DNA of 64,000 nucleotides from an uncultured Eubacteriales bacterium (GTDB lineage Bacteria; Bacillota; Clostridia; TANB77; CAG-508): NCBI GenBank assembly GCA_905203305.1, contig CAJKVH010000003.1, positions 20,240 to 84,239 of the forward strand, read 5' to 3'. Shown piece by piece: positions 11,015 to 20,984 of this stretch (position 1 is its first letter; each line of letters starts with the position of its first letter). The notes under the pieces were generated by a model. It saw only the letters and a program-made list of their open reading frames with translations, ran no database searches and was not told where the DNA came from. The position numbers and the translations under genes were made by a program.

Positions 11015-14000
11015 ATGCAAATAATAAAAAAGCTTTCATTAATAGCGATATTAAGTATAATTGTAATATTCTCTTTTGAAAAATATAGTTATGGTTTTAA
11101 AGTAAAACATGATGAAGTATTTAAATATACAATTGGACAAATTTTAGGAAATAATATTGAACAAGATGGTTGGTGGATGGGAGACGGAAGAAATAGTTGT
11201 ACACAGGCCAACAGCGATAAGGGTTATTCAAATAAAATAGTTGGAGTTTATGAAACTCTATATAATAGTACAACAGGTAGAATAGTTGCACAAAGTGTTT
11301 CAAGTGAAGGTTATGGAAATATTTCAAATGCAGATGCAGATGCAATTAGGAACTTTGCAGCAGCAATGTCAATTGATCTTAATATTCAAGGTGTAAGAGA
11401 TGCATTAATGAAATGTATGAATTCAGCAAATGCCAGAGCTTCAAAATTATCATATTCTGCGACACTTATGTCAAATAACTATGATGGAAGTACTTATGGA
11501 GGATCATCATCAAAATGGGAAACAACTTACAATGCTACAAGAAAAGATTATAGAAATTATCAAAGCCTTAAAAAAGTAGATGATAGTCATGCCGAAAAAT
11601 CTACAATAGTAACAGTAGATAATGTCGAATATGCAAGATTTGGTCCATACCAAATGAAGTTTGGAACTGCATCACTAAATGGAGTTTATGTAAATAATGT
11701 AGAGTTATCGGCAAGTAAACAAGTTAGATATCAAATAGGAAATGGAGCTGTAAAAACTAATTTTAATGAGAAAAATGGTGATGCATTTAGATTAAATAAT
11801 ACAAGTTTTTATATATTAGTAAATAGAGCAAAACTTGATTCTATATTAAACAAAAATAATCCTACAAGTGTAACTATTAAATTTACACAAGGAAATTGGA
11901 ATTATGCAAGAGGAAGAACCTTAATATGTAATAATGGTAATTACAAACAAGGAAATGCATGGTATACCTGGAAAACAGAGAGTGCACCAGGAGGAAGTGT
12001 AAGCTTTACAGCAACATATAATCCGTATGGAAAAATTATAATTGAAAAAGTGGATGAAAAAAATAATAGTAAAAAAGTCCAAGGCGTAAAATTTAAAATA
12101 TACGGAGAAAGTGAAGCTGGAAAGGGTTGGATAAATTCAGATGGAACAGTTACAACTAATTTTTCATCAGCGTCAACATATACAACAGGTAGTGACGGAA
12201 AAGCAACAGTTCCAAAAGTAAAAAAAGGAACATTTTATATATATGAAATAGATGTTCCAAATGGATATGACATAGAAGATCAAAGACTATTGTATCCAGA
12301 TAAAAATGATCCTAAAGGTGTTGCAGGAAAAGATGCTTATGGAAAATGTGTATATATAAAATCTACTACAAATAATTATAATACTGTAAATTTAAATGGA
12401 ATAAAACAAAGACATCAAACACCAAGAGATCTTTCAATGACAAAAGTAGATAAAACCACGCATGCGCCGGTTCAAGGAGCAGGATTTAAAGTGCTACAAA
12501 AATTAAGTAGAGACTTTAAACAAGGAGATACAAAGTTTAAACAAGGTACATATGTATGGCTAAAATCAGATGGAACAATATCTACTAATGTAAATGATGC
12601 ATACGAATTTAAAACCGGAAAAGACGGAATTGCAAAGGTTTCAAACATATTATCTTATGGTACATGTTATGTGTATGAAACAACTGCTGGTGGAGATTAT
12701 GAACTAATAGAACAAGAAGAAGGATATTTACAAGGAAAACCAGATGATTATACAGGAACATTTTTGACAGGCGAATGGGTATATATGGGTTCAATAGAAA
12801 TAACAACTAACACAGGAACAAAAATATCTAAAGAAGTTACCAATGCCCACACAATGGGAAGTTTAACATTAACCAAAAAAGATTCGACTTATAAAAATGA
12901 TTTAGGAACATCACAAGAACTATATTTACAAGGAGCAAAAGTAAAATTATATGGAGAGACAATAGACAATAAATCTGGATGGGTAAAAAAGATAAAATTG
13001 TCTAATGGTAAGATAAAATATGATGTAGGTTCATATTCAGAAGCTGAAGAATTTACAACAGATAGTAATGGAAAAATAAAAGTAGAACATTTAAAATATG
13101 GAACATACTATGCGTATGAAACTCAAGCACCAAAAGACTATAACATAAAAGAACAAGATGGATATCATAAACAAAATAAAGGATCAAGTGATCTTGGAAA
13201 TGATGATTGGGTATATTTAGGCTCAACAGAGGTAAGCTATGAAAAAGGAAAAGATATAGCATATGATGTAGGAAACCAAAAATATATTGAAATAAAAGGA
13301 AAAGTGTGGCTAGATGAGCCAGATACCAAAGGAAATATTACAGATAGTATCTATAATAGTGCATCAAAAGATAAATTAGTAAGTGGAATGACTGTTAATT
13401 TATATAATGCAAAAACTGGAAAAAAATTAGCTACAACAACTACAAATGAAAGTGGAGAATATGTATTTAATGAATCAATAATAGGAAGAAAAATAACATA
13501 TTGGGAAGCATCATATTGTTATATAGAATTTATATATGACAATACAAAATACATATCAGTAAATCCATTCCAAGATGGAGATAATAGTATAGCTAATAAC
13601 TCAAAAGCACAAGAAGAAGAAATTACAGAAACCGAATTAGATGATAATAATCTAACAGGAACAACTGGAAAAAATCCAGGAATTGCAATAACATTAAAAG
13701 GAACAGACAAAAATTTAACAAAAGAAAAGATAGATACTAATGCAAAAGAAAGTATAGAAAAAAGGTTATTAACAGGATATTTTAATGGCAATACATATAC
13801 AATCGAAAATATTAACTTTGGTATTATAGAAAAGTTCGTTCCAGATCATACAATAGGGGAAGAACTTGAATATGTAAAAATAAGAAGGGGTAATTATACA
13901 TTTACATATAGATATGGAGATGATGCTGTAACAGAAGAAGGAGATTTACAATCAACAGTAAACTTCCAAAATTCTAAAAAGACATTTACACAAAGTGTAT

Positions 14001-16156
14001 ATCCATCAGATATAAAATACAATATAGCAAATGGATTAGATGGAAACAGTGATAAAGCATATAAAGTTTATGTAGTATATAAAGTACAAGTTAAAAATAT
14101 TACAACAGAATCAGTTCCAGACATATATGACGAAAAGAGACTATGTTTGACGAGTCTAACAAATAGTTATGATACAGAAAGGTATGAATTAAGTCATGAT
14201 GTATTACCAGGAGATGATGAAACTATTTCAAAAGACTTTAGTAAATGGAATGGAACATCGGGAACAGCAAGTTATGACTTAAATGATTCAAGCAAGAAAT
14301 TCAAATCAGGAATTGGAAAAAATGAAATAGAAACAGCTTATATTGAATTTAAAGTAACAGATTCTGCATTAAGCAAATTAGTAACAGAAGAACAATTAGC
14401 AGAAAGTCCAACAGTTGCTAAATCAATAGGTTATCATGTGTATGAAAGAAAAGATAAAAACTGGAAAAATAAAGATACATATACACATAAAACTGTAAAT
14501 GAAGAAAGAGAAAACGGATCATTATACTTAAAATGGAAATTATTTGATACAAGAACAATTTCAGGATCAGTATTTGAAGATCTAAAAGATAATTCTCGTC
14601 CAAATGAAAGAATAGGAAATGGTAAATATGACTCTCAAGAAAAAGGTTTAAATGACGTTATAGTAAGCTTAATGAATGCAGAAAATACAGAATTTAATGG
14701 AGCAAAAGATCAAGAAACATATTTATATGAAGAAGATTTGGTGCAAAATCCATCTACTGGAAAATGGAGTAGATGTAAACAAAAAGCAGTTACAAAAGTT
14801 GATGAAAACGGAAATTATTCACTAAAAGGTGTAGTTCCAGGAAAATATTATTTGAAATTTACGTATGGTGATGGAAAAACAACTATCACGGATTTAAATG
14901 GAAATATAATAAGTGTTGGAACAAAAATAAAAGGACAAAATGATACAATAAATAGTAATTACTACAAATCAACAATTATAACTGGGGCAGCGCTAGATGA
15001 AACAAATGAAAAATGGTATTTAAATAGTATAAATGAGAAAGTAAATTCAATTGCAACAGATAGCAAGGGAACTTACTATGATGAAAATGGAAATGCAAAA
15101 GCAAATAGACAAAATATTGACATAATAAATGCAAGAACAACATCAGATAAAGAAATAAACCATACATCAACTCAAGATAAAGTAGTCATAGATGCAATAA
15201 GTCCAAATATGGATGTACAATTTGAATACATGGTAGACAATCATTATCAAGTAACAAATAACAAGTTAAATGAGTTAATATCAGATTGTACAGGAATGTG
15301 CTTCGGAATAATAGAAAGACCACATGTTGAAATTGAGCTTGATAAATCTATAAAAAATGTAAAATTAACTTTATCAAATGGTACAAATTTAATAAATGGA
15401 AATCCAGAAGATAAAAATGTATCAGAATATTTAACATGCATGGACAAAGCAAATGCTAAAATAGAGACAGATTACACAAACCTTTACGGATCAACAGTAA
15501 CAATAGATTACAAACTAACAGCAATAAATAATTCAGAATTAGACTATGCAACAAAAGAATATTATCAAAAAGGAAATATAGGTAGTCAAATGCCTGTAAC
15601 AACAGCACTTACAAAGATAATAGACTATGTTTCATATAATAAATGTAATTATTTAGATCCAACTCAAGGTGATATGATACAATTATCAGAAGAATATGTA
15701 AATAATGAGGGATACACAAAAGAAGATTATTATGAAGATGATATTATAAATAAAAATAAAGATTATACAGATCAATTATTAATAACAGAAACACAAAATT
15801 TAACACCAAAAGTAGCAAATACAGGAAAATCAGAAGGAGACTATATAGTAACAGTAAGCAAATTATTGCCAAGTACAAATACAGAAGAAAACCTTGGATG
15901 GGAAAGCTATTCTGAAATAATAGGTATGACAAACGTAACATATACACCACAATACACAAGCCACATGGGAAGCTATGTAGCAGGAGATACAAAAGCATAC
16001 CCTGTAGGAACAAGTGAAGCAGATAATGCAGATGCAGTTATTTCAATTACACCACCAACAGGTAAAAACAAAAATACTGTAATTTATATAGTAGCAGCAG
16101 GAGCACTTATAGTAATAGCAGCAGGAGTTATAATAATTAAGAAATTTGTATTATAA
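11015..16156 (+). CDS. Giant surface adhesin/pilin-like protein, 1713 aa, paralogue of the 1343..5722 protein. It has multiple Cna-B-like domains and a C-terminal TPPTG motif with TM segment and basic tail.
   Basis: RBS AAGGAGAA upstream of the ATG. It lies 15 bp after the previous gene, so likely the same operon. Paralogous motifs are shared with 1343..5722. Confidence 0.9.
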   Translation: MQIIKKLSLIAILSIIVIFSFEKYSYGFKVKHDEVFKYTIGQILGNNIEQDGWWMGDGRNSCTQANSDKGYSNKIVGVYETLYNSTTGRIVAQSVSSEGYGNISNADADAIRNFAAAMSIDLNIQGVRDALMKCMNSANARASKLSYSATLMSNNYDGSTYGGSSSKWETTYNATRKDYRNYQSLKKVDDSHAEKSTIVTVDNVEYARFGPYQMKFGTASLNGVYVNNVELSASKQVRYQIGNGAVKTNFNEKNGDAFRLNNTSFYILVNRAKLDSILNKNNPTSVTIKFTQGNWNYARGRTLICNNGNYKQGNAWYTWKTESAPGGSVSFTATYNPYGKIIIEKVDEKNNSKKVQGVKFKIYGESEAGKGWINSDGTVTTNFSSASTYTTGSDGKATVPKVKKGTFYIYEIDVPNGYDIEDQRLLYPDKNDPKGVAGKDAYGKCVYIKSTTNNYNTVNLNGIKQRHQTPRDLSMTKVDKTTHAPVQGAGFKVLQKLSRDFKQGDTKFKQGTYVWLKSDGTISTNVNDAYEFKTGKDGIAKVSNILSYGTCYVYETTAGGDYELIEQEEGYLQGKPDDYTGTFLTGEWVYMGSIEITTNTGTKISKEVTNAHTMGSLTLTKKDSTYKNDLGTSQELYLQGAKVKLYGETIDNKSGWVKKIKLSNGKIKYDVGSYSEAEEFTTDSNGKIKVEHLKYGTYYAYETQAPKDYNIKEQDGYHKQNKGSSDLGNDDWVYLGSTEVSYEKGKDIAYDVGNQKYIEIKGKVWLDEPDTKGNITDSIYNSASKDKLVSGMTVNLYNAKTGKKLATTTTNESGEYVFNESIIGRKITYWEASYCYIEFIYDNTKYISVNPFQDGDNSIANNSKAQEEEITETELDDNNLTGTTGKNPGIAITLKGTDKNLTKEKIDTNAKESIEKRLLTGYFNGNTYTIENINFGIIEKFVPDHTIGEELEYVKIRRGNYTFTYRYGDDAVTEEGDLQSTVNFQNSKKTFTQSVYPSDIKYNIANGLDGNSDKAYKVYVVYKVQVKNITTESVPDIYDEKRLCLTSLTNSYDTERYELSHDVLPGDDETISKDFSKWNGTSGTASYDLNDSSKKFKSGIGKNEIETAYIEFKVTDSALSKLVTEEQLAESPTVAKSIGYHVYERKDKNWKNKDTYTHKTVNEERENGSLYLKWKLFDTRTISGSVFEDLKDNSRPNERIGNGKYDSQEKGLNDVIVSLMNAENTEFNGAKDQETYLYEEDLVQNPSTGKWSRCKQKAVTKVDENGNYSLKGVVPGKYYLKFTYGDGKTTITDLNGNIISVGTKIKGQNDTINSNYYKSTIITGAALDETNEKWYLNSINEKVNSIATDSKGTYYDENGNAKANRQNIDIINARTTSDKEINHTSTQDKVVIDAISPNMDVQFEYMVDNHYQVTNNKLNELISDCTGMCFGIIERPHVEIELDKSIKNVKLTLSNGTNLINGNPEDKNVSEYLTCMDKANAKIETDYTNLYGSTVTIDYKLTAINNSELDYATKEYYQKGNIGSQMPVTTALTKIIDYVSYNKCNYLDPTQGDMIQLSEEYVNNEGYTKEDYYEDDIINKNKDYTDQLLITETQNLTPKVANTGKSEGDYIVTVSKLLPSTNTEENLGWESYSEIIGMTNVTYTPQYTSHMGSYVAGDTKAYPVGTSEADNADAVISITPPTGKNKNTVIYIVAAGALIVIAAGVIIIKKFVL

Positions 16157-16282
16157 TAAAATAAAAGGTCGCTTTCAAAAAGAAAGTGGCCTTTTAGTCA
16201 TTTTTGAAAAAAGACTTGAATTTATGAAAGAGATATTGTATTATAAATAAAGATTATTTCATAATGAAAAGAGGAAAAAGAT

Positions 16283-17803
16283 ATGAAAAAAAAGATTTTA
16301 ATAGTGATATTAATTTTAGTTGCAATAATTGCAGGAATATTTATAATAAGAAATATAAATTCAAGAAAATATGACTATAAGATAGAAGAAATAAGCGAAT
16401 TTAACTATTATATCTATCAAGCAAATAACCAATATGGAATTATAGATAAAGAAGGAAAAGAAATAGTAGAGGCAAAATATTCAAACATAATAATACCAAA
16501 TCCAGAAAAAGATATATTTGTATGTTATGCAGGAGATAAATCTGTAGTAATAAATTCAAAAAATGAAACATTATTTACAGAATATGATGAAGTTGAACCA
16601 ATAAAATTAAAAAGTGCAGCAAGTACACTTGCATATGAAAAAAGTACATTAATGTATAGAAAAGATGGGGTATATGGACTAATTAATTTTAATGGTAAAA
16701 AAATAACTAAAAACACTTATGATTCAATAGAAAATTTACAACCAACAGAAGGAAAATTTTTAGTATCAAAAGATGAGAAATATGGAGTAATAGATTTAAG
16801 AGGTAACGAAATAATAAAACCTGAATATGATAAAATAGGATCAGATGGATATTATACACAAAAAGATCAATACAAAAAATCAGGATTTATAGTATACAAA
16901 AAAACAGATGATGGCTATAAATGTGGATTTATAACATATAATGGAAAAAATATACTAGATACAAAATATAATGAAATAGAAAGAATATCAAAAGAAGATG
17001 ACAAAAACATATATTTAATAGCAGCGGAAAATGGAAAAAAAGGACTATATAAAAATTCAAAAAATATAATACCAAACGAATATCAATCAATGAGTTATGA
17101 TGATAATGGAGTAATAATATTACAAAAAAATAAAAAATATGGAGTAGCTAACCTAGGTGGAAAAATAATAGTAAAAGTAGAGCAAGATTTGGTAGAATCA
17201 AAAGGAATATATTTATATGCAAAATCAGCAAGTGAAAATAAAGTCTATGACAGCCAAGGAAATGTAATAGATATAAACTTTAATAGAACAATATACAAGA
17301 CAGAAAATGAAAATTACAATATATCAACAATATTAAATAACAACATAACATATTACGGAATAGTTGATCAAAATGGAAACAAATTGGTAGATGAAAATTA
17401 TAGATACATAGAATATTTATATGGAAACTATTTTGTAGCAACAGATGACAATGGAAACCTTGGAGTAATAAACAATAATGGGAAAATAATTCTAGAAATG
17501 AAATATAGTTCACTTCAAAAAATAAAAGGAAAAAATATAATACAAGCAGTAGAAAAAGGACAAAATACAAGTGAATTTTATTCACAAGATATGAAAGAAA
17601 TAGGAACATTTGAAAAAGCAAATATTCAAACTGAAAATGATTACATAATAATTATAAGTGGTGGAGAAAAAACATATTTAGACAATAATGGAAATAAAAT
17701 CCAAGATATACAATCATTAAAAAGAGGAGATTATCCTGAAAAAATAGGTGAATATGAAAAAGTACAAATAACATTAGAAAATGTATATTATACTAAAAAA
17801 TAG
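16283..17803 (+). CDS. Membrane-anchored WG-repeat (KWG-type) protein, 506 aa
   Basis: N-terminal TM segment, then about 10 repeats of the YG(I/L)IDxxGKxI...YD pattern. RBS GAGGAAAAAG. Confidence 0.85.
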   Translation: MKKKILIVILILVAIIAGIFIIRNINSRKYDYKIEEISEFNYYIYQANNQYGIIDKEGKEIVEAKYSNIIIPNPEKDIFVCYAGDKSVVINSKNETLFTEYDEVEPIKLKSAASTLAYEKSTLMYRKDGVYGLINFNGKKITKNTYDSIENLQPTEGKFLVSKDEKYGVIDLRGNEIIKPEYDKIGSDGYYTQKDQYKKSGFIVYKKTDDGYKCGFITYNGKNILDTKYNEIERISKEDDKNIYLIAAENGKKGLYKNSKNIIPNEYQSMSYDDNGVIILQKNKKYGVANLGGKIIVKVEQDLVESKGIYLYAKSASENKVYDSQGNVIDINFNRTIYKTENENYNISTILNNNITYYGIVDQNGNKLVDENYRYIEYLYGNYFVATDDNGNLGVINNNGKIILEMKYSSLQKIKGKNIIQAVEKGQNTSEFYSQDMKEIGTFEKANIQTENDYIIIISGGEKTYLDNNGNKIQDIQSLKRGDYPEKIGEYEKVQITLENVYYTKK

Positions 17804-17812
17804 CAAATAATA

Positions 17813-17850
17813 AAGAAAGTGGTAATAAAAAACATTACCACTTTCTTTTT
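17813..17850 (+). terminator. Rho-independent terminator
   Basis: Perfect 15-bp stem AAAGAAAGTGGTAAT / ATTACCACTTTCTTT followed by T residues. Confidence 0.85.
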
Positions 17851-17857
17851 AGGTATT

Positions 17858-17952
17858 TTCCCATTTGGGGACGGAGATTTTCGGGGATTTTTCCATTTAA
17901 GATATGTCCCCAGATGGGAATTCCCCGAAAAACTCCGTCCCCAAATGGGAAA
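17858..17952. repeat. GC-rich palindromic intergenic repeat, copy 1 (composite: two outer inverted half-sites plus an internal partial half-site)
   Basis: TCCCATTTGGGGACGGAGATTTTCGGGGA ... TCCCCGAAAAACTCCGTCCCCAAATGGGA. The half-sites are reverse complements with one mismatch. Confidence 0.9.
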
Positions 17953-17977
17953 AAGGGAATGAAAGGAGAAAACAATT

Positions 17978-18826
17978 ATGAAATTAGGTTTAGCTTTATC
18001 AGGTGGTGGGATAAGAGGAGCTGTTCATATAGGTGTGTTAAAGGCATTAGAAGAAAATAATATAAAAGTAGATATTATAGGTGGAACAAGTTCAGGAAGT
18101 CTAGTTGCAGCTCTTTATGCAATGGGATATAGTCCAGTACATATATATCAATTATTTAAAAGATATGGAAAAACAATTACAAATATGGGTGTAGGGCCAA
18201 TTATAAATGGAATAGGAGGATATATTGTAAATAAAAAGTTTAATATATCTGGAATAAGTGAAGGAAAGGAAATTGAAGAACTATATAATGAATTTGCATA
18301 TAAGAAAAAAATATATAAAATGTCTGATATGAAAATGCCAATAGTTATCCCCACAATTGATATAAAAAGTGGAAAAGAATATATTTTTACATCTAAAAAA
18401 ACAAAAGATTCTAAATATATAAATGATATATCAGTTGGAGGAGCTGTAAGAGCAAGTAGTAGTTTTCCCGCAGTATTTTGCCCGTATGAATATAAAAATT
18501 ACTTGTTTTTAGATGGTGGAACACTAGATAATATACCTGTTAAAGAAGTATTTAAATGTGGAGCAGATAAAGTAATTAGTGTGAAATTTCAGCCAATCAA
18601 TATAGATAAAGAAAGTAATGTTATGGACATAGTTTTTAAAACAATAGATATAATGGGAAATAAAATAATAGAAAAAGATGTTGACAAAAGTGATTATATA
18701 TTAAATATACCAACAGATGATAAAATAGGATTTTTAGATAGTAAACAGATAGAAAAATGCTATAAATGCGGATATGAAGAAACAATAAAAAATATAGGTA
18801 AAATTCACAAAATTTTGTCAGAATAA
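17978..18826 (+). CDS. Patatin-like phospholipase family protein
   Basis: GGGxRG oxyanion motif (LSGGGIRGAVHIG), GTSSGS nucleophile elbow and a DGG motif. RBS AAAGGAG. Confidence 0.88.
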   Translation: MKLGLALSGGGIRGAVHIGVLKALEENNIKVDIIGGTSSGSLVAALYAMGYSPVHIYQLFKRYGKTITNMGVGPIINGIGGYIVNKKFNISGISEGKEIEELYNEFAYKKKIYKMSDMKMPIVIPTIDIKSGKEYIFTSKKTKDSKYINDISVGGAVRASSSFPAVFCPYEYKNYLFLDGGTLDNIPVKEVFKCGADKVISVKFQPINIDKESNVMDIVFKTIDIMGNKIIEKDVDKSDYILNIPTDDKIGFLDSKQIEKCYKCGYEETIKNIGKIHKILSE

Positions 18827-18853
18827 TATAATAAAATAAAAAAGGAGAAAAAA

Positions 18854-19995
18854 ATGAATACATATTATTTTGACAATGGAGCAACTACAAAAGTAAAGCA
18901 AGAAGTGGTAAATGAAATGATACCATACTTTAGTGAAAATTATGGAAATCCGTCATCTGTTTATGGAATAGCAAGAGATGCAAAAAAGGCAATAGAAGAA
19001 GCAAGAGAAAAAGTAGCAAATTTAATTGGAGCTAAGAAACAAGAAATATATTTTGTTGGCTGTGGTTCAGAAGCAGATAATACTGCATTAAAAGGAATTG
19101 CGTATGAAAAGCAAAAAGAAGGAAATCATATAATAACATCCAAAATAGAGCATCCAGCAATTTTAGAAACATGTAAATTCTTAGAAAAACAAGGATTTGA
19201 AATAACATATTTAAATGTAGATAAAAATGGATTTGTTGACTTAAATGAACTAAGGAGAAGTATAACAAGTAAAACTATATTAATAAGCATAATGTTTGCA
19301 AACAATGAAATAGGAACAATTGAACCAATAGAAGACATCGCGAAAATTGCAAAAGAAAACAAAATAATTTTTCATACAGATGCAGTTCAAGCAGTGCGGA
19401 AATGTAAAAATAAATGTACATGATATGGGAATTGATATGTTATCCTTATCAGGACATAAATTCTATGGACCAAAGGGTATAGGAGCTCTATATGTAAAAG
19501 AAAATATTAAATTTACAAAAATCATGAATGGAGGGCATCAAGAAAGAGATAAAAGAGCAGGAACAGAAAACACAGCTGGAATAGTAGGACTTGGGAAAGC
19601 ATCAGAGCTTGCAAACAATGAATTAGAAGAACATATAAAAAAGATGAAAGAACTGAGAAATTACTATGTAAATGAAATTTTAAGTAAAATTCCAAATGTA
19701 AAAGTAAATGGTGCAATAAATGCAAGACTGCCTGGAAATAGCAATATATCATTTGAAGGAGTAAATGGAAACGATTTATTATTAGAACTAGATAATGTTC
19801 GGAATATGTGCTTCAAGTGGATCGGCATGTAGCTCAAAAGATCCAGCACCATCACATGTTTTAAAAGCAATAGGATTAAGTGAGGATTTGATAAAAGGAG
19901 CTTTAAGAATTACATTTGGAGAATTTAATACAAAAGAAGAGGTTGACTATTTAATAGAAAATTTAGAAAAAAGCATAAGAAAATTAAGAAAGTAG
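18854..19995 (+). pseudogene. Cysteine desulfurase (NifS/IscS family) read as three ORF pieces because of two apparent single-C insertions, at 19397 and 19800
   Basis: Pieces 18854..19423, 19380..19832 and 19795..19995 together align along the full length of NifS. This includes the AVQAV|G(N/K)... and HKFYGPKG motifs and the SSGSAC active-site cysteine. Removing the C at 19397 (gtgCgga) and the C at 19800 (gttCgga) restores one 380-aa frame. Confidence 0.8.
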
Positions 19996-20060
19996 GAATT
20001 CCCATTTGGGGACGGAGATTTTAGGGGAATTCCCCTAAAATCTCCGTCCCCAAATGGGAA
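19996..20060. repeat. GC-rich palindromic intergenic repeat, copy 2 (near-perfect 63-bp palindrome)
   Basis: CCCATTTGGGGACGGAGATTTTAGGGGAATTCCCCTAAAATCTCCGTCCCCAAATGGG. Confidence 0.92.
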
Positions 20061-20082
20061 AATGGAAAGAAAGGAAAAGCAG

Positions 20083-20919
20083 ATGAAAAAATTTATAATA
20101 CAAGTAATAGAAACTATAATTGGTTCATTTATAATGGCAGCTGCGGTATCATTATTTTTACTTCCAAATGAATTATCTTCAGGTGGATTTTCAGGAATAG
20201 CAACCGTTACGTACTATCTTTTTAATATACCTATGGGAATTACAATTTTAGCTTTAAATATACCACTTTTTTTATTATCTACTTTAAAAATTGGAAAAGA
20301 CTTTTTAGGAAAATCAATAATTGGAACTGTAAGTTTATCTATTTTTATTGATATATTGGACAAGTTTGAGCCACTAACACAAGATAAAATACTAGCATGT
20401 GTATATGGGGGAATTTTAACAGGAATAGGAACAGCATTAATTTTAAGAGCAAACTCATCAACAGGTGGATCTGACTTAGCAAGTATAATGATAAAAGAAT
20501 ATAAACCAATGTTTAGAACAGGAAATTTAATAACTATAATAGATTTTATAATAATTTTTCTAAATGTAATATTTTTAGAAAAAATAGAAATAGGTTTGTA
20601 TTCTGCAATTGCAATATATTTAATGGGAAAAGTAATAGATATATTATTTGAAGGAATTTATTTTACAAAACTGTTATTTATAATATCGGATAAAAACGAA
20701 GAAATATCAAAATTTATAGAAAATGAAGTAAAAAGAGGAGTAACAGGAATATATGGAAAAGGCATGTACACAAACAAAGAAAAATTAATATTAATGTGTG
20801 CAATAGGGAGAAATAACTTAGCAGAAATAAAAACAAAAATAAAACAAATAGATCCAAAAGCATTTTTAATAATCACAAATTCAAGAGAAGTATTAGGTGT
20901 AGGATTTAAAGAAAAATAA
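20083..20919 (+). CDS. YitT-family membrane protein (DUF161 with C-terminal DUF2179)
   Basis: Multi-TM N-terminal part with GG(F/L)SG and GGSD motifs. ATG 20083 has RBS GAAAGGAAAAG. The in-frame ATG 20062 is an alternative start. Confidence 0.8.
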   Translation: MKKFIIQVIETIIGSFIMAAAVSLFLLPNELSSGGFSGIATVTYYLFNIPMGITILALNIPLFLLSTLKIGKDFLGKSIIGTVSLSIFIDILDKFEPLTQDKILACVYGGILTGIGTALILRANSSTGGSDLASIMIKEYKPMFRTGNLITIIDFIIIFLNVIFLEKIEIGLYSAIAIYLMGKVIDILFEGIYFTKLLFIISDKNEEISKFIENEVKRGVTGIYGKGMYTNKEKLILMCAIGRNNLAEIKTKIKQIDPKAFLIITNSREVLGVGFKEK

Positions 20920-20920
20920 A

Positions 20921-20949
20921 TTGACAACTAAAATCTTTTATAGTAGAAT
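20921..20949 (+). promoter_or_regulatory. Sigma-A-type promoter (TTGACA, 17 nt spacer, TAGAAT)
   Basis: Consensus -35 element with 17-nt spacing to a near-consensus -10, about 35 nt upstream of the 20985 start. Confidence 0.5.
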
Positions 20950-20984
20950 AAACATGAAAAATTATAAATAATTGGAGGATAATT

